A DNA stretch of 18,629 nucleotides from Nitrospirota bacterium (GTDB lineage: Bacteria; Nitrospirota; JACRHJ01). The first letter of the stretch is position 1, and every line of letters starts with the position of its first letter. The DNA is taken from contig CAWJRJ010000004.1 of assembly GCA_963845245.1 (NCBI GenBank), positions 1 to 18,629 of the forward strand, written 5' to 3'. Position numbers and translations under genes: made by a program. A model generated the notes under the pieces. The model had not been told where the DNA came from, searched no databases, and saw nothing but the letters and a program-made list of their open reading frames with translations. This document shows, piece after piece, positions 7,355 through 16,270 of this stretch.

Positions 7355-7387
7355 GACAGGCCCCCGGCTTTTCGGGGGCGTCCTTTT
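7355..7387 (+). terminator. GC-rich hairpin with a short U tract (envC terminator or ctpA leader structure)
   Basis: GAC(AG)GCCCCCG-GCTTTT-CGGGGGCGTC-CTTTT. Confidence 0.5.
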
Positions 7388-7442
7388 GGCAGGCAACGCA
7401 CTGTTTTGAAGTTCCAGCCTGGTTGAAAACGAGGAGGGGTAG

Positions 7443-8831
7443 ATGAGTTTCAAAGAAAGAGCAAGAAAAAGCGCACCATGGATACTCGTGGTCATATTCG
7501 TCATGGGTGTGCTAATGGGGACCGGCATGGCGCGTTACAGCCAGGCCGACAACGAGACTTACGACAAGCTTAAGATTTTCTCTGAAGTCCTGTCATTGGT
7601 CCAGAAAAACTATGTGGAGGAGGTAAGCTCCAAGGACCTTATATACGGGGCCATCAAGGGAATGCTTAATAACCTCGACCCGCACTCCTCGTTTATGACC
7701 CCTGAGATGTACAAAGAGATGCAGGTGGACACAAAGGGCGAGTTTGGCGGGCTTGGCATCCAGATCGGCGTTAAGGACAGGATGCTTACTGTCATAGCGC
7801 CCATAGAGGACACGCCGGCATACAAGGCGGGTATCAAGGCGGGGGATAAAATAATAAAGATCGACGGCGCCGCCACAAAGGACATGACGCTGACCGAGGC
7901 AGTGGAAAAGATGAGGGGCCCCAAGGGTACATCCGTCGTTATCAGCGTGCTTCGCGATGACTTCGCCCAGCCGAAGGACTTCAAGATCACCAGGGATGTA
8001 ATAAAGATAAAGAGCGTGAAGTCCAAGATACTGGACAGCGACATCGGTTATGTAAGGATAAGCCAGTTCCAGGAAAAGACGGACGAAGACCTGCAAAAAG
8101 CGCTCAAAGAGTTCGACGAGAAGGGCGTTAAGTCCATAATCGTAGACCTCAGGAACGACCCGGGCGGTCTCCTCAATATGGCCGTAGACGTGAGTGGCGA
8201 GTTCCTGCCCTCAGGCAAGCTGGTTGTGTATATAAAGGGTAGGAACGGCGAAAAAGACGAGTTCTTTACAAACAACTCGGCTCCGCATACTACGCAGCCC
8301 ATCGTTGTACTGGTCAACGAAGGGTCGGCTTCTGCATCGGAGATCGTAGCCGGATGTCTACAGGATTGGGGGCGCGCAGTAATTATGGGCACCCAGACCT
8401 TTGGCAAGGGTTCGGTCCAGACTGTAATAGGCCTCTCGGATGGTTCCGGCCTCAGGTTGACTACGGCCAAATACTATACCCCGAAGGACCGTTCCATACA
8501 GAATACCGGCATAAAGCCTGACATAGAGGTTAAACAGCCGGAACTCACAACAAGCAAGAAGATGGAAGCGGGTAACCCGCATATGCTCCGCGAGAAGGAT
8601 CTCGAAAGACACCTCGGTAACGAGACAGTAAAGCCTGAAAAGAATGAGGAGCCGGTTAAGGATGGCGGGACTGCTCCCAAGGAGCCCAAGATTAACGAAA
8701 CTCCGGAAAATACCGTACCGCCTGAGCCGATTGAGAGAAGCGAAGAGGACGACTATCAGCTTCAGCGTGCGAAAGACCTCCTGAAGGGGCTTACAATACT
8801 AAAAGGTATGCCCGCCGCCCAGCATAAATAG
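7443..8831 (+). CDS. ctpA: Carboxyl-terminal processing protease, S41A family with PDZ domain
   Basis: N-terminal TM/signal; LDPHS, GEFGGLGI, DLRNDPGGLL, SASASEIVAG, TFGKGSVQ, LTTAKYYTP, GIKPDI, DYQL; SD GAGGAGG. Confidence 0.95.
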   Translation: MSFKERARKSAPWILVVIFVMGVLMGTGMARYSQADNETYDKLKIFSEVLSLVQKNYVEEVSSKDLIYGAIKGMLNNLDPHSSFMTPEMYKEMQVDTKGEFGGLGIQIGVKDRMLTVIAPIEDTPAYKAGIKAGDKIIKIDGAATKDMTLTEAVEKMRGPKGTSVVISVLRDDFAQPKDFKITRDVIKIKSVKSKILDSDIGYVRISQFQEKTDEDLQKALKEFDEKGVKSIIVDLRNDPGGLLNMAVDVSGEFLPSGKLVVYIKGRNGEKDEFFTNNSAPHTTQPIVVLVNEGSASASEIVAGCLQDWGRAVIMGTQTFGKGSVQTVIGLSDGSGLRLTTAKYYTPKDRSIQNTGIKPDIEVKQPELTTSKKMEAGNPHMLREKDLERHLGNETVKPEKNEEPVKDGGTAPKEPKINETPENTVPPEPIERSEEDDYQLQRAKDLLKGLTILKGMPAAQHK

Positions 8832-8855
8832 GTTAGGGTGAAATATAGTCTGGAC

Positions 8856-8886
8856 AAGGGGCAAGCATTGCTTGCCCCTTTCTTTT
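8856..8886 (+). terminator. Rho-independent terminator after ctpA
   Basis: AAGGGGCAAGCA-T-TGCTTGCCCCTT perfect inverted repeat followed by TCTTTT. Confidence 0.85.
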
Positions 8887-8940
8887 GGCTGTCGTAAAAC
8901 TTCTTTTTTATTTTTTGCTATACTTGACTAAAATTTCCCC

Positions 8941-8968
8941 TTGATTTTTATTTTTTCTGTGGTATATT
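8941..8968 (+). promoter_or_regulatory. Sigma70-type groESL promoter
   Basis: TTGATT-16 bp-TATATT with extended TG, directly upstream of CIRCE. Confidence 0.65.
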
Positions 8969-8977
8969 TCATTGTCG

Positions 8978-9004
8978 TTAGCACTCACTGTGAATGAGTG
9001 CTAA
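8978..9004 (+). promoter_or_regulatory. CIRCE element (HrcA operator)
   Basis: Perfect TTAGCACTC-N9-GAGTGCTAA upstream of groES. Confidence 0.97.
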
Positions 9005-9043
9005 TAAAAGTTTATACAAACCAAACATGAAAGGAGAACAAAT

Positions 9044-9304
9044 ATGGGATTCAAGCCGTTGGGAGACAGGGTGTTTATCAAGTTTTTAGAGGAGATGGAG
9101 AAGACAGCAGGAGGCCTTTATATCCCGGACGCAGCCAAGGAAAAGCCCCAAAGGGGCAAGGTTGAGGCCGTCGGCAAGGATGTCGAGGAAGTCAAGGTCG
9201 GCGATGTCGTCCTTTTCGACAAATACTCCGGAAGCAAGATAAACGTAGACAATGAGGATTACCTCATCGTGAAGGAAGAAGAAGTCCTGGGAATAATCTC
9301 GTAG
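9044..9304 (+). CDS. groES: Co-chaperonin GroES (short 86-aa form)
   Basis: [50 protein letters not shown]. Confidence 0.97.
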   Translation: MGFKPLGDRVFIKFLEEMEKTAGGLYIPDAAKEKPQRGKVEAVGKDVEEVKVGDVVLFDKYSGSKINVDNEDYLIVKEEEVLGIIS

Positions 9305-9334
9305 TTTAAAAATTATATTAAAGGAGGATGATAA

Positions 9335-10981
<1,647 letters not shown>

Positions 10982-10994
10982 AATATCCTTTCTG

Positions 10995-11024
10995 AGGTCC
11001 CCCCTAACAAGGGGGGCCTTTTTT
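10995..11024 (+). terminator. Rho-independent terminator of groESL
   Basis: AGGTCCCCCCT-AACA-AGGGGGGCCT followed by a T tract. Confidence 0.85.
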
Positions 11025-11039
11025 CTAAAAGGTTATTAT

Positions 11040-11324
11040 ATGGAACCAAAGAAACAACCAAGGGTCCTGGTATTTTCCACGCCGACATGTGGGTACTGCT
11101 CCAAGGCCAAGAGGTTCCTTAAGGCAAACGGTATAAAGTTCAGGGACATAGATATATCGAAGGACCCGGATGCAGCGAAGGATGCCAAAAGGATAAGCGG
11201 CGGGACATCCGTGCCGGTGATAATGGTAGGTAGCACCGTTGTGATGGGCTTTGACAAGTCAAAGCTTGAGAGGCTTCTTGGGTTAAAGAAAAAACCTGCG
11301 ACGGAAGATGAGGATGCCGGCTGA
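11040..11324 (+). CDS. Glutaredoxin-like protein (NrdH/YruB type)
   Basis: VFSTPTCGYC, GIKF.DIDI, SVPVI, GFD; ATG 11040 (the ORF-track extension overlaps groEL and its terminator). Confidence 0.9.
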   Translation: MEPKKQPRVLVFSTPTCGYCSKAKRFLKANGIKFRDIDISKDPDAAKDAKRISGGTSVPVIMVGSTVVMGFDKSKLERLLGLKKKPATEDEDAG

Positions 11325-11350
11325 GCCGACAAACAGGAATTATTTTTTGT

Positions 11351-11379
11351 TTGACAAGAATAACAATTTAACTTAAACT
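11351..11379 (+). promoter_or_regulatory. Near-consensus sigma70 promoter overlapped by a TTGTT-N10-AACAA palindrome
   Basis: TTGACA-17 bp-TAAACT. Confidence 0.7.
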
Positions 11380-11424
11380 TGCTTTAAATTATGTTACCAA
11401 TGTTAACTTTAGATAACAAACAAT

Positions 11425-11447
11425 AAGGGCCCTTAAAGGGCTTTTTT
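11425..11447 (+). terminator. Terminator-like hairpin about 40-60 nt downstream of that promoter and 10 nt before the ferredoxin start
   Basis: AAGGGCCCT-TAA-AGGGC followed by TTTTTT. Confidence 0.65.
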
Positions 11448-11457
11448 CGTATTCAAG

Positions 11458-11622
11458 TTGTATAAGATAACAGATATATGTGACGGGTGTGGGGTTTGCG
11501 CTTCTTCCTGTCCGCTTGACTTGATTGTAAAGGCAGGGGATGCATACGAGATATGCATCGGTTGCAACGTCTGTGGCTCATGCTCCGCCCTGTGTCCCAG
11601 GGGAGCAATTAAACGTATATGA
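11458..11622 (+). CDS. 2[4Fe-4S] ferredoxin, 54 aa (MYKITDICDGCGVCASSCPLDLIVKAGDAYEICIGCNVCGSCSALCPRGAIKRI); not in the ORF track
   Basis: Two CxxCxxCxxxCP motifs, YKITD start and CP.GAI end typical of clostridial-type ferredoxins; TTG start, TGA 11620-11622. Confidence 0.88.
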   Translation: MYKITDICDGCGVCASSCPLDLIVKAGDAYEICIGCNVCGSCSALCPRGAIKRI

Positions 11623-11638
11623 AAGGGAGGGGTTTGTC

Positions 11639-11965
11639 ATGGGTGAGAAGTCTTTAAAGGTTACAAGCGGGACTTGGGACGGTGAGGTAATGCAGGCACA
11701 GGGGCTGGTCCTGGTGGATTTTTGGGCGGTATGGTGCGGGCCCTGCCAGATGGTCGGACCGGTGGTTGAGGAGCTTGCCGGTGATTATGAGGGCAAGCTG
11801 AAAGTCTGCAAGCTCAATACGGACGAGAACCCCGACATAGCGAGCAAATACAGGATAATGGGGATACCGACTTTGATGTTTTTCAAAAACGGCGCAGCGG
11901 TCGACCAGGTGGTGGGTGCAGTTCCCAAGGCGCAGTTGAAATCAAAGATAGATTCTCTTCTATAA
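11639..11965 (+). CDS. trxA: Thioredoxin
   Basis: VLVDFWAVWCGPC, KLNTDENP, IMGIPTL.FFKNG, VGA.PK; SD GGGAGG before ATG 11639. Confidence 0.96.
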   Translation: MGEKSLKVTSGTWDGEVMQAQGLVLVDFWAVWCGPCQMVGPVVEELAGDYEGKLKVCKLNTDENPDIASKYRIMGIPTLMFFKNGAAVDQVVGAVPKAQLKSKIDSLL

Positions 11966-12057
11966 TAGTAGCATACTTGAAAGAGAACCCCGTCCGATAG
12001 TAGCTTTAGCTAAAAAGAAGCCTTTTTAACCTAGGCACTACGTGAAAAAGGTGTTTC

Positions 12058-12717
12058 ATGAAAACGGTCGCCCAGAAGATTAAGGATGCTATAAACAGGA
12101 AGGGCTTTTCTACTGTAAAGGAATGCGCTCAGGCACTCGGTCTGCCGTATGAACTGTTAAGGAAGGTCGTTGGGGAAGACCATATACCAAAGGACGAGCA
12201 GCTCCTTGTATATGCCAGAAAACTGGGTATCGAGCCCAGAGACCTCCTTTTTACCGCGTATCACCAGAAAGCCCCGGCCGAATTCAAGGAATACTTTGAA
12301 AACAAGGTGATCAGGGAAACGCCGGTCGCACAGAACAGGATACCCTTGATTAATTTTGTCCAGGCAGGCGGCTTCGGCTCAGGCACTGATCAGTATCCCT
12401 ACCCCGGCGTGGCCGAGGAATATGTCGAGACGGACCTCCAGGGCAGGTACCTTTTCTCCATGCGTGTGAAAGGCGACTCGATGGAGCCGCTGTTTTTCGA
12501 AGACGAGATTATTATAATAGACCCGGAGATCCAGCCTCAACCAGGCGACTATGTGATAATCAAGAAGGACGATGAAGAAGAGGCTACATTCAAGCAGCTG
12601 AAAAAATATCGGGGCGTCTGGGTAATGCACCCTCTGAACCCGCGGTTTGAAGACATAGAGATGACCAAGGACATGCGGATAGTAGGCAAGGTCATAAGAA
12701 AACAAAGAGACTTTTAG
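12058..12717 (+). CDS. XRE-like HTH plus S24 peptidase (CI/LexA-like) transcriptional regulator
   Basis: N-terminal HTH-like region; IPLINFVQAG (Ala-Gly cleavage site), RVKGDSMEP (Ser), EATFKQL (Lys), HPLNPRF, IVGKV. Confidence 0.88.
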   Translation: MKTVAQKIKDAINRKGFSTVKECAQALGLPYELLRKVVGEDHIPKDEQLLVYARKLGIEPRDLLFTAYHQKAPAEFKEYFENKVIRETPVAQNRIPLINFVQAGGFGSGTDQYPYPGVAEEYVETDLQGRYLFSMRVKGDSMEPLFFEDEIIIIDPEIQPQPGDYVIIKKDDEEEATFKQLKKYRGVWVMHPLNPRFEDIEMTKDMRIVGKVIRKQRDF

Positions 12718-12721
12718 TAAC

Positions 12722-12745
12722 AGCCGCCTTCGGGCGGCTTTTTTT
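12722..12745 (+). terminator. Rho-independent terminator
   Basis: AGCCGCC-TTCG-GGCGGCT followed by a T tract. Confidence 0.9.
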
Positions 12746-12781
12746 ATGTTATAATTGTTTTAAATACAAAGGGAGGGACCA

Positions 12782-13282
12782 ATGCGAAAAATGATGATCC
12801 TCTGTCTTATGTTGCTTCTGCCGGTTGCTTCCTTTGCCGCTGAAGGTTACGCGGTGCCCGATCTTTCAAAGGCCACTGTTATTCTTGATGAGAACCAGTA
12901 TATAGGCAACACTACCCCTCCCACCGAGGTCAATATCAAAAGCTACAAAAAACCTGACGGAAACATGGTCAGGGTATACAGCATAGGCGGCCGCATTTTC
13001 CGATACGACGTGGATACCAACGGCGCCTTGCCTTATGAATACCGGCTTATAGATACGACTGGCAACGGCGTCTTTGATACCAAAGAGCCCATGGTAGGGC
13101 AGATGATAGTCAAGGAAAAGGGGATGAAGTATTATATTGATCTGGGCACTGAGCCAGGCAAGGAATACCGGTACAGTTACGAGAATGCCGAAAAGCCAAG
13201 TATCAGAGAGGAGAAAGAACTCCTGATGGGATATCAGATTTTCATCCCTCAGTGGGTTCTGGTGAGGTTTAATCAGCCTTAA
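12782..13282 (+). CDS. Secreted or periplasmic hypothetical protein
   Basis: SD GGGAGG; signal peptide MRKMMILCLMLLLPVASFA; extended -10 TGtTATAAT at 12747-12755. Confidence 0.8.
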   Translation: MRKMMILCLMLLLPVASFAAEGYAVPDLSKATVILDENQYIGNTTPPTEVNIKSYKKPDGNMVRVYSIGGRIFRYDVDTNGALPYEYRLIDTTGNGVFDTKEPMVGQMIVKEKGMKYYIDLGTEPGKEYRYSYENAEKPSIREEKELLMGYQIFIPQWVLVRFNQP

Positions 13283-13296
13283 CGATACAACGAATC

Positions 13297-13331
13297 AAGG
13301 GCCGGCCGAAAAGCCGGCCCTTATCTTTTTT
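13297..13331. terminator. Terminator between convergent genes (possibly bidirectional)
   Basis: AAGGGCCGGC-CGAAAA-GCCGGCCCTT followed by ATCTTTTTT. Confidence 0.8.
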
Positions 13332-13341
13332 CAAATACAAA

Positions 13342-14991
13342 TCAGCCCAGTATAGCCTTCAAGTCTTCTTCCGGTGTCGTGATCGGCTTTATAGCAAACT
13401 TCTCAACCAGCACGTCCAGCACAGCCGGAGTTACGAACTTCGGCAGGCTCGGCCCAAGCCTTATGTCCTTTATTCCCAGATACAGGAGCGTCAGGAGTAT
13501 GCTTACGGCCTTCTGCTCATACCATGAAAGCACCATTGAGAGCGGTAGGTCATTGACTCCGCAGTTGAATGCCTTAGAGAGCGCCACCGCGATCTGTATC
13601 GCCGAATAGGCGTCGTTGCACTGGCCGATGTCGAGCAGCCTCGGTATCCCGCCGATGTCGCCGAACTCAAGCTTGTTGAAGCGGTACTTGCCGCATGCCA
13701 GCGTAAGGATCACGCAGTCATTCGGCACAGCTTTCGCGAAATCGGTGTAGTAGTTCCTGCCGGACTTTGCACCGTCGCATCCGCCCACCAGAAAGAAGTG
13801 ACGTATAGCCTTCGCCTTCACCGCGTCTATCACCTTGTCCGCAACGCCCATCACCGTATTCCTCGCGAAGCCAGTCAGTATAGTCTTGTCCTCGCCGTCG
13901 GCGGCGAAGCCCGGAGCGGCAAGCGCCGCCTCTATGACAGGCGTGAAGTCCGTATTTGACACATGCGTTACGCCAGGCCATGCCACAAGGCCAGAAGTGA
14001 AGATGCGGCCTTTGTAACCATCCTTGGGCTGCTGGATGCAGTTGGTCGTCATGAGTATCGCGCCCGGGAACGCGTCGAACTCCTTTACCTGGTCCTGCCA
14101 TGCGCCGCCGTAGTTGCCGGCGAGGTGGCTGTATTTTTTAAGCTCGGGGTATCCGTGGGCGGGCAACATCTCGCCGTGGGTATACACGTTTATGCCCTTG
14201 CCCTCGGTCTGCTTCAGGAGTTCTTCGAGGTCCTTCAGGTCGTGGCCCGAAACCACTATCGCCTTACCCTTTAGCGGGTTGATCCGCACCGGTGTCGGGA
14301 CCGGGTGTCCGTATTCACCCGTGTTGCCCGCGTCCAGCAGCTCCATGGCCTTGAGGTTCAATTCGCCCGCCTTCAGGCACATGCCAAGAAGGTCGCCAAC
14401 TGCGGGTGACTCGACATTCAGGAAGTCAAGCGCCTCGTGTATGCCCTGATAGAGCCCGTCGTCATGCTGCCCCATTATGTATGCGTGGTCGGCGTATGCA
14501 GCCACGCCCTTTATCCCGTAGGTCAGGAGTTCCTGCAGGCCCGCGACGTCCTCGCCTAGCCTGGCCTTGCGCCCAACTATCGACACGGCTTCACCCTGGG
14601 CGAGCAGCCCGGCCATATCGGATGCCGGAGTATACGTGGCTGCGCCGTTTAGTGTCTCAGGTGTCTGGCCGGCATTTTTGCATGCATCTTCGTATAGACC
14701 TCGGGCCCTGTCGCGTATCGTAGCCGCCCGGCCTATCAGGCCCTTTATTCTTGCATCGTCGAAGTTGACATTAGTAAGGGTGGAGAAAACGGCCTCCGTC
14801 GTGAAGACGTCCACATCCTTATCCCTGACGCCCATCTTTCCAGCCCTGCTTGCATATGCCGCAACGCCTTTTACTGCATGGAGCAGCAGGTCCTGGAGCA
14901 CGCTCGTCGTCTCCTCTTTGCCGCACACCCCTTTGACCGTGCACCCCGCCCCCTTTGCCGACTGTTCGCACTGATAACAGAACATTCCCAT
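13342..14991 (-). CDS. hcp: Hybrid cluster (prismane) protein / hydroxylamine reductase, class I-type Cys spacing
   Basis: MFCYQCEQ with Cx2Cx8Cx5C, SGHDL, YTHGEMLPAH, TTNC, LVGGCDG, LACGKYRF, GQCNDAY, SWYEQKA; SD GAGGAG on the minus strand. Confidence 0.98.
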   Translation of the reverse strand: MGMFCYQCEQSAKGAGCTVKGVCGKEETTSVLQDLLLHAVKGVAAYASRAGKMGVRDKDVDVFTTEAVFSTLTNVNFDDARIKGLIGRAATIRDRARGLYEDACKNAGQTPETLNGAATYTPASDMAGLLAQGEAVSIVGRKARLGEDVAGLQELLTYGIKGVAAYADHAYIMGQHDDGLYQGIHEALDFLNVESPAVGDLLGMCLKAGELNLKAMELLDAGNTGEYGHPVPTPVRINPLKGKAIVVSGHDLKDLEELLKQTEGKGINVYTHGEMLPAHGYPELKKYSHLAGNYGGAWQDQVKEFDAFPGAILMTTNCIQQPKDGYKGRIFTSGLVAWPGVTHVSNTDFTPVIEAALAAPGFAADGEDKTILTGFARNTVMGVADKVIDAVKAKAIRHFFLVGGCDGAKSGRNYYTDFAKAVPNDCVILTLACGKYRFNKLEFGDIGGIPRLLDIGQCNDAYSAIQIAVALSKAFNCGVNDLPLSMVLSWYEQKAVSILLTLLYLGIKDIRLGPSLPKFVTPAVLDVLVEKFAIKPITTPEEDLKAILG

Positions 14992-15095
14992 TTTTTTCTC
15001 CTCTCGGTGACGTATATCCAGACTGCCTTGTTAATGTGACTGAAAGGTTAGCACGTATGCGGATGGCGTACACAGGAGATGGGTCAAGGAATTAC

Positions 15096-15109
15096 ATGAT
15101 TTTAATCAG
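15096..15109. promoter_or_regulatory. Putative Crp/Fnr-family binding site upstream of hcp
   Basis: aTGAT-TTTA-ATCAg versus the consensus TTGAT-N4-ATCAA; candidate minus-strand extended -10 TGcTAACCT at 15053-15045. Confidence 0.5.
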
Positions 15110-15179
15110 CTAATGGGAGATGATATGTGGATTGCAGACGAGTTCGATTATTAAGCTCGGTATAACGCTTATAATATAT

Positions 15180-15208
15180 TTGACTTTGATATAACATACA
15201 TTTATGAT
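15180..15208 (+). promoter_or_regulatory. Sigma70-type promoter for the patatin gene
   Basis: TTGACT-17 bp-TATGAT. Confidence 0.7.
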
Positions 15209-15260
15209 TGTTTTACATCTATTATTATCAGCTTATTGTCTCTTGAAAAGGGGGAGGGCT

Positions 15261-16229
15261 ATGAGAAAGATACTGTCCATTGACGGCGGCGGAATCAGGG
15301 GTATCATACCTGCGATGGTCCTGTCCGAGATCGAGAAACGTACAAAGAAGCCTGTCTGCGAGCTCTTCGACTTGATTGCCGGCACGTCCACCGGAGGTAT
15401 ACTTGCTCTTGGCCTTACGAAACCCAACGGAGGCGGTAGTCCGGCATACTCGGCTGGCGATATGCTATCAATGTACGAAAAGCACGGCGAAGATATATTC
15501 CACTGCACTTTGTGGAGAAAGTATCTTTCATATCTGTTAGACTCGAAATATTCTTCGGAAGGCATAGAAAAAGTCCTCGAAGAATATTTTGGAAAGTCCA
15601 GGCTGAGTGAGGCCCTAACCGACATCATCATTACGAGCTATGAAACGGAAAAGCGGATGCCGTTCTTCTTCACAAGCAGGGACGCGCGCGACCCGGGCAA
15701 AAAAGAGCTTTATGACCATCCTATCGTATCGGTAGCACGGGCAACGTCCGCCGCGCCGACGTACTTCGAGCCCTTCAAGATGCCTACACGTGACAAAAAT
15801 TTTGCAGGGCACTACACATTAATTGACGGCGGAGTGTTTGCTAACAACCCGGCGGTATGTGGCTATTCAGAGCTTAGGGCGAATCACCCCGATGAGGGCG
15901 ATTTTCTGATGGTCTCGATCGGCACAGGCGAATATACCAAGAAGTTTCCATACAAGGAGGTAAGTGACTGGGGCAAGCTTGAATGGGCCATTCCTATCCT
16001 GGACATAGTCTTCGACGGGGTGAGCGATACCGTGAGCTACCAGATGGAGCAGATCCTTCCTGACAATGGCGGAGGCCGCAGATACTACCGCTTCCAGGCC
16101 ACACTTGACGAAGAGGACAGCCTCGACGATGTCACGCCCGAGAATATAGCCAGGTTAAGGGATTACGGCAAGGCTATAATAGCCGAGAACGGACCATTGA
16201 TAGAGGAGCTCTGCGCCGCCCTGTTGTGA
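15261..16229 (+). CDS. Patatin-like phospholipase
   Basis: ILSIDGGGIRG, AGTSTGG (GxSxG), ATSAAPTYF, IDGGVFANNP, SIGTG; SD GGGGAGG before ATG 15261. Confidence 0.93.
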   Translation: MRKILSIDGGGIRGIIPAMVLSEIEKRTKKPVCELFDLIAGTSTGGILALGLTKPNGGGSPAYSAGDMLSMYEKHGEDIFHCTLWRKYLSYLLDSKYSSEGIEKVLEEYFGKSRLSEALTDIIITSYETEKRMPFFFTSRDARDPGKKELYDHPIVSVARATSAAPTYFEPFKMPTRDKNFAGHYTLIDGGVFANNPAVCGYSELRANHPDEGDFLMVSIGTGEYTKKFPYKEVSDWGKLEWAIPILDIVFDGVSDTVSYQMEQILPDNGGGRRYYRFQATLDEEDSLDDVTPENIARLRDYGKAIIAENGPLIEELCAALL

Positions 16230-16270
16230 TATAATTAGATATATGAAAAACATAGAGTGGAGGTTTGACT

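Noticed and set aside
12058..12717. Prophage, or canonical lexA
   Set aside because: No phage genes, cro or integrase nearby, and the N-terminus lacks the LexA winged-helix signature, so no gene symbol was assigned.
15261..16229. Patatin as a CBASS CapV effector or other defence system
   Set aside because: No CD-NTase, Cap2/Cap3 or other defence genes adjacent; it has its own promoter and looks like a stand-alone patatin.
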